Assembly: GCA_045047305.1 (NCBI GenBank)
Contig: JASFYO010000055.1
Location: 1 to 27,003, forward strand
DNA from: Planctomycetota bacterium
GTDB lineage: Bacteria > Planctomycetota > UBA1135
DNA: 27,003 bases
Direction of reading: 5' to 3'
Shown here piece by piece: positions 9,272-17,778 of this stretch (positions are counted from its first letter, which is position 1; every line of letters starts with the position of its first letter). The translations under genes were made by a program, and so were the position numbers. Below the pieces are notes generated by a model, which searched no databases, had not been told where the DNA came from, and worked only from the letters and a program-made list of their open reading frames with translations.

Positions 9272-10264
9272 ATGTTTGGTCTCTACCGCTTCGCACTCGC
9301 ATTCTTGGTGGTCTTGGCGCATCTATGGCCGGACTTCAACAACTACGCGGGCATCTACGCAGTTTTTGGGTTCTATGCACTCTCCGGCTACCTCATGGCC
9401 CTGGTGCTCGACCGCCGCTATGGTCACAGCCTCAGTGGAACCGTGCGCTTTCTGAGCAATCGTTTCTTGCGCTTATTCCCTCCTTATTGGGCAACCCTAC
9501 TCCTCGCCTACCTGGTCATTCGCGCATGGCCGGAAGCAAGCCAAGCGATCAATCCATCGATGGTCATACCTACCGATAGCAGCGGCTGGCTCTCCAACTG
9601 GTTTCTGTTCGGGTTGAATGGAGCAAAGCAAAGATTAGTACCACCCGCCTGGTCGCTCGACGTAGAGCTTTGCTTTTATGTTTTCATGGGCCTGTTCCTC
9701 ACGCGCAACAAAATCATCACCAAGCATTGGGCGCGAATTTCGGTGGGAGTGCACCTATTCCTCTTAGCCACCGGCGCCGATTTAGGGGAGCGCTATTACC
9801 CACTCCTTGCTGCATCGCTGCCATTCTCCTTTGGCGCATGCATTTACCATTTTGAGTTGGGCAAACGCTTCACCCAACGCAAACACTTGTATTGGGCCCC
9901 GATTCTGTTTTTCCTCAACGTAACCATAGCCCCCGACACCAACAAGACGGGCTTCTACCTTTCCCTGTTGAGTGCCGGCTACCTCATTATGGTTTTACGT
10001 CAGGTGGACACAAAAAAGGTGCATGCGCGCTTACGCAAAGCGGATAACTTTCTCGGCAACCTTTCCTACCCTGTTTTCCTTGCGCATTGGCCGATGGCCA
10101 TTTTGATGATCCAAGTAGGCTGGGCAGAGCATAAAGGAGGTTGGCTCTTGTTGGTCGCCTTGCTGCCGATCCTTTTGTTTGCAATCATCATCCATTATGT
10201 GGTGGAAGTCCCAGTGGAAACTCTGCGCCGAAGAATCCGAAACAGCAGCCGCAAAGACGTTTAG
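9272..10264 (+). CDS. Acyltransferase family 3 (OafA-like membrane O-acyltransferase)
   Basis: R..LA..VV..H, VFGFYALSGYLM, RFLRLFPPYW, AWSLDVELCFY, LGNLSYPVFLAH and VVEVP motifs. Multi-pass membrane protein. Confidence 0.92.
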   Translation: MFGLYRFALAFLVVLAHLWPDFNNYAGIYAVFGFYALSGYLMALVLDRRYGHSLSGTVRFLSNRFLRLFPPYWATLLLAYLVIRAWPEASQAINPSMVIPTDSSGWLSNWFLFGLNGAKQRLVPPAWSLDVELCFYVFMGLFLTRNKIITKHWARISVGVHLFLLATGADLGERYYPLLAASLPFSFGACIYHFELGKRFTQRKHLYWAPILFFLNVTIAPDTNKTGFYLSLLSAGYLIMVLRQVDTKKVHARLRKADNFLGNLSYPVFLAHWPMAILMIQVGWAEHKGGWLLLVALLPILLFAIIIHYVVEVPVETLRRRIRNSSRKDV

Positions 10265-10275
10265 AATCTAAGGCG

Positions 10276-11496
10276 ATGGCCCCACTCGCCTCTCTGCAGC
10301 AAGTTTCTTTCTTCTCGCTTTGCCTGGTTAGCGTCTTGGGCATGGGGTGCAGTAAAACCGACTCCCCCAGCCCGCAGCAGCCGGAAGCGAACGCTGAGAC
10401 TCCCCGCAGCGAGCTCGATTCCCTGCAGGCACTCGGCTATGTCGATTATGTCGCATCGGATGAAGAGCAAGGCCCTACTGGAGCGAGAGTCCACCAAGCC
10501 GATTCTATCCAACCGGGGCTCAACTTTTTTAGCATCCACAGCCCTTGCGAAGCACGTTTGATCGATGTCGACGGCAACCTTCTGCACTCATGGAGCCGCG
10601 AGGGAAATGTCTGGGGCCATGCAGAACTCCTAACCGACGGCTCGATTGTGGTTCCGGCCAAAGAGGATGATGGCTCCTTCTTAGTGAAGCTGGACTGGAA
10701 TAATCAATTGGTATGGCGGCAGCCAATCCAAGCCCACCACGACGTAGAAGTTTTACCCGACGGCAGCCTGGCTACGCTGAGTTCCGAATTGCGCTCCATC
10801 CCATCCATTTCCACCGAGCATGAAATCCGCGACGACCTCATGGTGCAAATGAACTCAAAGGGAGAAATTCAAACTGAGTATTCCCTGGCCACCCTGCTCG
10901 ACGCGCAAGCGGAGTGGGAATGGGAAACGGTGCAACCCTCCTTGGTCACACGCGACAAGAGCATCATTGATCTCATCCATGCGAATTCCATTGTGTGGAT
11001 GCATCCTGGCTGGGCGAAACTCAACCCCCTCTTCCAAGAAGGCAATGTCATGGTTTCCATGCGCCACCAAAACCGCGTTGTTATTTTGCACCCGGAAAAT
11101 GGTGAGCTCCTGTGGAGTTATGGCCGCGGTGAAATCCTGGGCCAGCACGACGCCACGGTCTTAGAAAATGGCAACATCCTTATTTTTGATAACGGCTTGA
11201 GTCGCGGATGGAGCCGCGTCATTGAGGTGGATCCCAACTCCAAGGAAATCGTTTGGCAGTGGGCCGCCCCAGAACGCGAGGCTTTTTACACCGCCGGCCG
11301 CGGGGCTGCGCAACGCCTTGCAAATGGAAATACTCTCTTACTGGAGTCCGATAAGGGCCACGCCATCGAGATCACCAAGGCCGGCACAGTCGTTTGGGAA
11401 TATACTCAACCGCCGAACGAGGATGGAAAAACATCCACCATCGTGCGTATGAAACGCTACGACTTGAATTACTTAAACGACTCACTGTTGCAGTAA
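10276..11496 (+). CDS. Arylsulfotransferase (ASST)-family beta-propeller lipoprotein
   Basis: Signal peptide with lipobox-like LGMGC, LQALGYV, AHHDV, HANSI, SMRHQN, GQHDA, FDNG and AQRLANGNTL. Start moved to 10276. Confidence 0.8.
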   Translation: MAPLASLQQVSFFSLCLVSVLGMGCSKTDSPSPQQPEANAETPRSELDSLQALGYVDYVASDEEQGPTGARVHQADSIQPGLNFFSIHSPCEARLIDVDGNLLHSWSREGNVWGHAELLTDGSIVVPAKEDDGSFLVKLDWNNQLVWRQPIQAHHDVEVLPDGSLATLSSELRSIPSISTEHEIRDDLMVQMNSKGEIQTEYSLATLLDAQAEWEWETVQPSLVTRDKSIIDLIHANSIVWMHPGWAKLNPLFQEGNVMVSMRHQNRVVILHPENGELLWSYGRGEILGQHDATVLENGNILIFDNGLSRGWSRVIEVDPNSKEIVWQWAAPEREAFYTAGRGAAQRLANGNTLLLESDKGHAIEITKAGTVVWEYTQPPNEDGKTSTIVRMKRYDLNYLNDSLLQ

Positions 11497-11523
11497 GTCG
11501 TTTAAGCGAAAAGCCGATTTAGC

Positions 11524-13071
11524 TTACAGGTCGAAGGAGATACCCTGCGCGAGTGGCAGTTCGGTACCCCAGTTGACGGTGTTGGTCTGACGTCGCATGT
11601 AGGCCTTCCATGCATCGGAGCCGGACTCGCGGCCGCCACCAGTTTCCTTTTCACCACCGAAGGCGCCACCAATCTCAGCACCGGAAGTACCGATGTTGAC
11701 GTTGGCGATTCCACAATCAGAACCGACGGCGCTGAGGAACTTCTCGGCGTCGCGCATGTTGAGGGTGAAGATGGCAGAGCTGAGGCCTTGTGGCACATCG
11801 TTGTGCAACTTGATGGCATCCTCGAGACCGTCGATCTCGATGATGTACAAGATTGGCCCAAAGGTTTCGTGCTGCACGATGTCCCAGTGATTTTCCGCAG
11901 TGGCAATCACCGGAGTCATGTAGTGACCGCCTTCACAACCTTCCGGCTGTACGCGCTCGCCACCACAAAGGATTTCGCCGCCTTCCTTTTTCACAGCTTC
12001 GACCGCATCCATCACCCGTTGCACAGCATCGGCATCGGAGAGAGGGCCCATCAGGGTGCCTGGATCAAGTGGGTGCCCGATCTTTACCCCAGAATAAAGC
12101 TCGAGTAAACGTTTTACCAATGGCTCCTTCACACCTTTCTGCACCAAAACGCGGCGAGTGGAAGTACAGCGTTGACCAGCAGTGCCGACGGCACCAAAGG
12201 CAATCGCACGAGCGGCCATTTCGAGGTCGGCGTCCTCCATCACGATCACGGCGTTGTTGCCACCAAGCTCCAACAAGCTCTTGCCGAAACGCGCGGCAAC
12301 CTTCTGCCCCACGATCGCGCCCATGCGACAAGAACCAGTAGCGCTAATCAGTGGCAAACGCTTGTCGCTGGTCATGGCTTCGCCGATTTCCAGGTCAGGG
12401 CCAACGATCATCGAGATCAGAGCGCCGAAACCTGCAGGCTCCAAAACCTTGGCGCATACCTTGGTCATGGCAATCGCAGTGAGTGGAGTCTTCCAGCTTG
12501 GCTTCCACACCGTGGCATCGCCACAAATCAGAGCGAGCATGGAGTTCCATGCCCAAACCGCCGACGGAAAGTTGAACGCCGAAATCACACCGACCAAACC
12601 GATTGGGAGGTACTGCTCGCGCATGGCGTGTTGCGGACGCTCAGAGTGCAAGGACAAACCGTAAAGCATGCGTGATTGGCCGACCGCAAAGTCAGCGATA
12701 TCGATGGCTTCCTGTACTTCGCCCAGGCCTTCTTGCAGAATCTTGCCCATTTCCAGGGTTACGATTTTGCCCAACGAATCCTTGTACTTACGCATTTCCA
12801 CGCCACACAGGCGCACGTACTCGCCGCGCTGAGGTGCTGGAAGCTCACGCCAACGCAAATAGGCTTCCTGAGCAGCTGCTACTACTTTTTCGTACTCCGC
12901 AAGAGTGGCCTGCTTGACGCGGCCAATCTCTTCGCCGGTAGCTGGGCTCACAACTGCGAGTTCTTCGCCGCTGCACTCCAGCCATTCGCCTGCGTAGGCG
13001 CCAGAATGCAAGCCTTCGAGGCCAAAGTCGGCCAGAAAGGAAAGGTCCAATGAGGATGTGGTAGTGGTCAT
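11524..13071 (-). CDS. Aldehyde dehydrogenase, ALDH7/piperideine-6-carboxylate dehydrogenase type
   Basis: ISAFNFP, WKPS, SATGS, LELGGNN, GTAGQRCTS (catalytic Cys), ETFGP and the ALDH7-type SGAEIGGAFGGEKETGGGRESGSDAWK and ELPLAQGI. Start moved to 13071 (alternative 13083). Confidence 0.93.
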   Translation of the reverse strand: MTTTTSSLDLSFLADFGLEGLHSGAYAGEWLECSGEELAVVSPATGEEIGRVKQATLAEYEKVVAAAQEAYLRWRELPAPQRGEYVRLCGVEMRKYKDSLGKIVTLEMGKILQEGLGEVQEAIDIADFAVGQSRMLYGLSLHSERPQHAMREQYLPIGLVGVISAFNFPSAVWAWNSMLALICGDATVWKPSWKTPLTAIAMTKVCAKVLEPAGFGALISMIVGPDLEIGEAMTSDKRLPLISATGSCRMGAIVGQKVAARFGKSLLELGGNNAVIVMEDADLEMAARAIAFGAVGTAGQRCTSTRRVLVQKGVKEPLVKRLLELYSGVKIGHPLDPGTLMGPLSDADAVQRVMDAVEAVKKEGGEILCGGERVQPEGCEGGHYMTPVIATAENHWDIVQHETFGPILYIIEIDGLEDAIKLHNDVPQGLSSAIFTLNMRDAEKFLSAVGSDCGIANVNIGTSGAEIGGAFGGEKETGGGRESGSDAWKAYMRRQTNTVNWGTELPLAQGISFDL

Positions 13072-13144
13072 GGAAGCGGCCATTCTAGCGAGTTCACGCG
13101 GAAATCGCTGCATCTTTGCTAGTCTGGAAGTCCCCTGTTCCACC

Positions 13145-15580
13145 ATGGACCTACTCACCCTCATTACTCTCAGCCTGAGCCTCGCGCAGGTATCTCCACC
13201 GCAAAATCCGATCAAAGACTTGCTGCAAATCCCGGTGGCTAGTGCCGAAGATTACCAGCAGCTACAGCTTCTCCTGGAAGATGTCGACGACCACCATGCC
13301 GTCGCCATGTCTGGGATGGCAGTGGCCTATGCCACGGATGCCGAGCAAGATTTATTACGCAGTGCAGGCATTGGGTTTTCAGTAGAGATTGAAGATTTAA
13401 CCCGCTATTACTCAGAGCGTGCAGCTTTGGACTTAGCGCAAAGCCAAGCGCAGGGAGTCGCTGCGGTGGTCGGCGGTTCGATGGGTGGATTTAAAACGCT
13501 CGCTGAGATTGAAGCCGAGATGGACCGCTTGGCTGCGACCTACCCAATGCTGTGTTCGCCCAAGTTTGCCGTCGGCAGCACCATCCAGGGGCGCACCATT
13601 TGGGGCATGCGCATTAGCACCACTCCCACTGTGCACGACCCAGCGAAAGCGGTCGCTTGGTACGACGCCCTCCACCACGCGCGCGAACCGATGTCAGGCG
13701 AATCGTTGTTGTTGTTCGCCGATGAAATCCTCGCTAACTACGGCACCGACACCACTGCCACACGCCTGGTCGAAACGCGCAACCTCATATTCGTGCCATG
13801 CGTGAACCCCGATGGGTATGAATACAATCGCCAGATTGCGCCCAACGGTGGCGGTTTGTGGCGCAAGAATCGTCGCAACAATGGCGATGGAACCCGTGGC
13901 GTCGACCTAAACCGCAACTACGATTGGGAATGGGGTCCGCAATGGCCAGGTTCGAGCGGCAATACCAGCAGCGAGACCTATCGCGGAGTTGCGCCGTTCT
14001 CGGAGCCGGAAACACAAAGCTTGGTCAACACCATGGCGCTTATGCCTCCGGGGATTTCCATGTCGGCGCATACCTACAGCAACCTCATGCTCTACCCGTG
14101 GGGCTACAACACCATCGTCACCCCCGACGACGCTATTTATCGGCAGTACGGAAGCTCCTTCACGGCTGAAAACGGATGGCCGCGCGGCACCATTTGGCAA
14201 GTGCTTTACATTGCGAATGGTGGCAGTGTGGATTACCACTACGGTCAATACGGGACCTTGGCATTCACCCCTGAGATTGGAAGTTCCTCCGACGGCTTCT
14301 GGCCGCAGCCATCGCGCATTCCTGCGCTGTATCAAGACATCCGGCCGGCCTATATGCAGGCGGCTGAGTACACCGGCGCATGGGCATCGGTAGGCAATTT
14401 GATTTGGAATGAGATCGTGGGCGATGGTGACCTTGCGCAAGAACCCGGTGAGAGCTGGGCTTTGCAAATCAAGGTAGATAATGGTGGCACCACGACACTA
14501 GACGTCAATTTTAGTCTCAGTGACACTCATGCATTTACGCTAGTTTCAGGCTTGCCCGGCAATCTTGTGATTCCACCACGTTCCTCGGCATTCACCACCC
14601 AGTTCCAAATTGACTTTGCAGCCAATGCTCCAGTCGGCACTCCTTTTGCACTGGATTTAGAGTTTGATTACGACGGATGGCTGGATAACTATCCAGTAGA
14701 AATCGTGCTTGGCCGAGCACGCGTCTTGATGCGCGATTCCATGGAGGTCGATGACTTTGGCTGGTCGGCAAACAATGCCACCAATTGGTCGTGGGAGCGC
14801 GCCAATCCAGAAGCTACCAACTCGGGCGGCAGCGAAGTGCAATCTGGAGACGACCACACACTCAACGGCACGCAATGTTGGGTCACAGGCGCTGCTGCAG
14901 GTGGCTCCGTCGGCAGCAACGATGTCGATGGCATTGCAAGTCTGACTTCCCCACGTTTCACACTTGTAGGTTTTTCGAATGCAAGCCTGCATTACGCGCG
15001 CTGGTTCGCCAACCGCCCCGGCGGCCCGCTGGATGATCGTTGGATTAGCGAAATCAGCAATGACGATGGCCTAACTTGGACCGCCCTGGAAGACCTTGCC
15101 GACACCGGTTCTCAATGGGTGGACACCGAGATCGAGTTGGGTGGCGTGATTGCGTTTACCCAAAACATGCGTTTACGCTTCACGGTTGCGGATAGCCCGA
15201 ACGACGACATCACCGAAGGCATGTTGGATGACCTTGAGATCCGCACCTTGCAAGCGGGTCCAAGCTTGGGATTCTGGGGTGAGCCTAGCGTGGGAGAAAC
15301 GGTGCGCTTTGTGGTCGACGGCGAACCAGGTGTAAGTTTTGATTTGGCATACAGCCCTAACCTCAGCGGTGGATCCACAGTACCTGGAATCTTGGGGACT
15401 CTATTCCTTGCTCCAGCTACGCCAATTTTTAACTCTGTTTGCGGCACCGACGGCGTGGGCACCATCCTGGTGAGCTTGCCGCCAAGTGTGGCCGGCGTCA
15501 CCTTACATTTCCAAGCAGTCGTTGAGTTGGGCATGCCAAACGCCACTTTCACCAACCCCCTGAGCATCTCCTTTAACTAG
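13145..15580 (+). CDS. Secreted M14 zinc carboxypeptidase (carboxypeptidase T-like) with accessory C-terminal domains
   Basis: HHAREP (HxxE), NPDGY, WRKNR, GVDLNRNY, FSEPE, SAHTYS, LYPWG and FTPEIG, followed by Ig-like and jelly-roll-like segments. Start moved to 13145 (signal peptide MDLLTLITLSLSLAQ). Confidence 0.92.
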   Translation: MDLLTLITLSLSLAQVSPPQNPIKDLLQIPVASAEDYQQLQLLLEDVDDHHAVAMSGMAVAYATDAEQDLLRSAGIGFSVEIEDLTRYYSERAALDLAQSQAQGVAAVVGGSMGGFKTLAEIEAEMDRLAATYPMLCSPKFAVGSTIQGRTIWGMRISTTPTVHDPAKAVAWYDALHHAREPMSGESLLLFADEILANYGTDTTATRLVETRNLIFVPCVNPDGYEYNRQIAPNGGGLWRKNRRNNGDGTRGVDLNRNYDWEWGPQWPGSSGNTSSETYRGVAPFSEPETQSLVNTMALMPPGISMSAHTYSNLMLYPWGYNTIVTPDDAIYRQYGSSFTAENGWPRGTIWQVLYIANGGSVDYHYGQYGTLAFTPEIGSSSDGFWPQPSRIPALYQDIRPAYMQAAEYTGAWASVGNLIWNEIVGDGDLAQEPGESWALQIKVDNGGTTTLDVNFSLSDTHAFTLVSGLPGNLVIPPRSSAFTTQFQIDFAANAPVGTPFALDLEFDYDGWLDNYPVEIVLGRARVLMRDSMEVDDFGWSANNATNWSWERANPEATNSGGSEVQSGDDHTLNGTQCWVTGAAAGGSVGSNDVDGIASLTSPRFTLVGFSNASLHYARWFANRPGGPLDDRWISEISNDDGLTWTALEDLADTGSQWVDTEIELGGVIAFTQNMRLRFTVADSPNDDITEGMLDDLEIRTLQAGPSLGFWGEPSVGETVRFVVDGEPGVSFDLAYSPNLSGGSTVPGILGTLFLAPATPIFNSVCGTDGVGTILVSLPPSVAGVTLHFQAVVELGMPNATFTNPLSISFN

Positions 15581-15624
15581 GAAGCCCAGGTGTAAGCGCA
15601 TGATGGCGCGCGTAAACTTTGCTT

Positions 15625-16404
15625 ATGCGTGCCATCAGCTGGAATGTAAACTCCCTCCGCACCCGTCTCGAACGGACGCTTGGAGTTCTAGAACGTCATC
15701 AACCCGACCTGCTTTGCTTGCAGGAAACCAAAGTCCAAGATGCAGACTTCCCCCACACGGCCATGGAGGAAGTGGGGTATCAAGCTGCGGTGCATGGGCA
15801 GAAAACTTACAACGGTGTGGCGCTCATCAGTAAAAAACCGTTGCAAGATGTGCGTTGCGGCTTCGACGACAACCCTGCTCCAGAACAAGCGCGCGTCATT
15901 TCCTGCGTGTTAGATGGAGTTCGCTGGATCAACGTTTACGTCATCAATGGCAAGCAGCTCGGCACCGATAAGTTCGCGCTCAAGATGGAATGGCTGACTG
16001 CCTTGCGCACGTGGATGGAAAAGGAATTCTCAACCGAGGAACCACTGGTGATTCTCGGAGACTTCAATATTGCACCGGAGGAGCGCGATGTGCACGAACC
16101 GGATTTATGGCGCAACAAGATTCACTTCAGCGCTGAGGAGCACGCGCAGTTGGCCGCATTCAGCGATTGGGGCCTGCAGGATTTGTACCGCAAGCATCAT
16201 CAGGATGCCGGGCTCTATTCCTGGTGGGATTACCGTGGCGGCGCCTTTCCACGCGATTTAGGGCTGCGCATTGACCTTGCACTGGGCACCCCCGCTGCCA
16301 TCGAACGTTGCACTGCTGCCTCGATGGACCGCGACGAACGCAAAAAGGGTGACTGGGAATCGAAGCCTAGTGACCACATTCCGGTCATCGTGGACCTGAG
16401 CTGA
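15625..16404 (+). CDS. xth: Exodeoxyribonuclease III (AP endonuclease)
   Basis: SWNVNS, LCLQETK, YNGVA, GDFNIAP, YSWWDYR, GLRID and SDH motifs. Confidence 0.96.
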   Translation: MRAISWNVNSLRTRLERTLGVLERHQPDLLCLQETKVQDADFPHTAMEEVGYQAAVHGQKTYNGVALISKKPLQDVRCGFDDNPAPEQARVISCVLDGVRWINVYVINGKQLGTDKFALKMEWLTALRTWMEKEFSTEEPLVILGDFNIAPEERDVHEPDLWRNKIHFSAEEHAQLAAFSDWGLQDLYRKHHQDAGLYSWWDYRGGAFPRDLGLRIDLALGTPAAIERCTAASMDRDERKKGDWESKPSDHIPVIVDLS

Positions 16405-16447
16405 GCCTTTAAATCGTTGGAATCGTCGGATTTTCAGCGTGGGAAGC

Positions 16448-16475
16448 TCAAGAAAGGCCTGTAGAGCACCGATAA
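16448..16475 (+). promoter_or_regulatory. Candidate sigma28-like promoter upstream of the first prepilin
   Basis: TCAAG-N15-ACCGATAA resembles the FliA consensus TAAAG-N14-GCCGATAA. Confidence 0.35.
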
Positions 16476-16555
16476 GCGATTGAACACCTGAGCTCACCGA
16501 TTCATAAGGAGCGAGACGGTATTCCCTCTAACTTCACGGTTCATAACAACTTACG

Positions 16556-17056
16556 ATGAAAACTAACAGACAATCCGGCTTCACGATCATCGAGATGTTG
16601 ATCGTGGTCACCATTCTGGCCATGTTGGCCGGAATTTTGATTCCCGTTCTTGAGGATGCAGCAAAATCCTCCCGCGACTCGCGTCGTGCCTCTGACTTGA
16701 AGACTATGCAGACTGCACTTGCTAGCTTCCACCGCGTCAACGGCGCTTACCCTGACACTTCTGGTGCATGGCAAGGCGATGCTACTGGAGTTGGCAGCAA
16801 CCACGGCTACGGTGTCACTGGCGGCTACTGCCCAGGTCTTGTACCTGACTTCATGCCAGCATTGCCGAAGGATCCAAGCCCGGATCTTCCAGATGCAACC
16901 AACGGCTATCAGTACCGCTCCGACGGCATTGATTACAAGTTCTCGGCCAAAGGTGGTCCTGAGACCTTCCCAACCGGTAACCCGTTCTTCGATTCGCAAG
17001 ACTCCACTACCGTATGGTCGATCAGCACTCCTGGCGGCTACAACTGGGCCAACTAG
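16556..17056 (+). CDS. Prepilin-type N-methylation domain protein, GspG-like (copy 1)
   Basis: Class III signal QSG|FTIIEMLIVVTILAMLAGILIP, followed by RDSRRASDL, G.YP, LPKDP and YQYRS. Confidence 0.9.
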   Translation: MKTNRQSGFTIIEMLIVVTILAMLAGILIPVLEDAAKSSRDSRRASDLKTMQTALASFHRVNGAYPDTSGAWQGDATGVGSNHGYGVTGGYCPGLVPDFMPALPKDPSPDLPDATNGYQYRSDGIDYKFSAKGGPETFPTGNPFFDSQDSTTVWSISTPGGYNWAN

Positions 17057-17075
17057 TCCTTAGCTAGCCAAACCT

Positions 17076-17110
17076 AACCGCCGCCCCGTTTGGGGTGGCG
17101 GTTTCTCTTT
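17076..17110 (+). terminator. Probable intrinsic terminator between the two prepilin genes
   Basis: AACCGCCGCCCC-GTTT-GGGGTGGCGGTT, a 12-bp stem (one G-U pair) followed by TCTCTTT. Confidence 0.75.
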
Positions 17111-17143
17111 GGTTTCCGTGCAAATATTCCGATAAAGAAAAGC

Positions 17144-17653
17144 ATGAAAACGATGCGCCTCTTTGCTCCCCTCGCACGTCGAGGCTTCACGATTATCGAA
17201 ATGCTCATCGTGGTGACGATTCTTGCCATGCTGGCTGGAATCCTGGTACCTATCCTGGCAGAGGATGCGGCAATTGCTCGTGATGGCAGACGCGCCTCGG
17301 ATTTGCGCTCTGTGGCTTCTGCTTTAGCCAACTACAAAGACCGCAATGGTGTTTACCCCACCACTTCTGGCACCTGGCAAGGAGACGCTGGCAACTACGG
17401 AAGTTTGGATTACGGCACCAGTGGCTACATTCCGAACCTAGTGCCCGATTACATTCCATACTTGCCACAGGATCCGGACCCTCAGTTTCCAAACGGAACC
17501 GATGGTGGCTATATGTATCGCTCCAATGGAACAGACTTCAAGTTTGTGATCAATAGCACCCCTACCACGTACTACGTGAGCAACCCCTTCTTCGACCCCA
17601 CTCGCCCCACCATTGGTTGGCAAGTGAGTTCGCCGGGTGGTTACGACTGGTAG
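17144..17653 (+). CDS. Prepilin-type N-methylation domain protein, GspG-like (copy 2)
   Basis: RRG|FTIIEMLIVVTILAMLAGILVP, RDGRRASDL, LPQDP and YMYRS. Clear paralogue of copy 1. Start moved to 17144 (alternative 17153). Confidence 0.9.
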   Translation: MKTMRLFAPLARRGFTIIEMLIVVTILAMLAGILVPILAEDAAIARDGRRASDLRSVASALANYKDRNGVYPTTSGTWQGDAGNYGSLDYGTSGYIPNLVPDYIPYLPQDPDPQFPNGTDGGYMYRSNGTDFKFVINSTPTTYYVSNPFFDPTRPTIGWQVSSPGGYDW

Positions 17654-17658
17654 TTGTG

Positions 17659-17736
17659 GTTTGAGGCGCAGCCCGGTTGCGCTTCACAGGAACGGGATAC
17701 CGCCCCAGAGGCGCGCCTCCGGGCTGCGCCTCAAAC
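17659..17736. repeat. Inverted repeat, REP-doublet-like element
   Basis: GTTTGAGGCGCAGCCCGG (17659-17676) and CCGGGCTGCGCCTCAAAC (17719-17736) form a perfect 18-bp inverted repeat with a 42-nt spacer. Each arm extends into its own small palindrome. Confidence 0.8.
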
Positions 17737-17778
17737 TTTCTTACTGGGAGTAGAGCTCTGTCTCCGGTGGGGAATGGA

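Noticed and set aside
8510..13215. Long overlaps implied by ORF-track starts (8510/8616, 10141, 13058/13215)
   Set aside because: Downstream ATGs give proper signal peptides or domain starts and remove the overlaps.
3216..16404. Genome-wide TGA reassignment (genetic code 4 or 25)
   Set aside because: TGA ends mutA (overlapping the mutB ATG) and xth at their expected C-termini, and the other long genes have no internal TGA.
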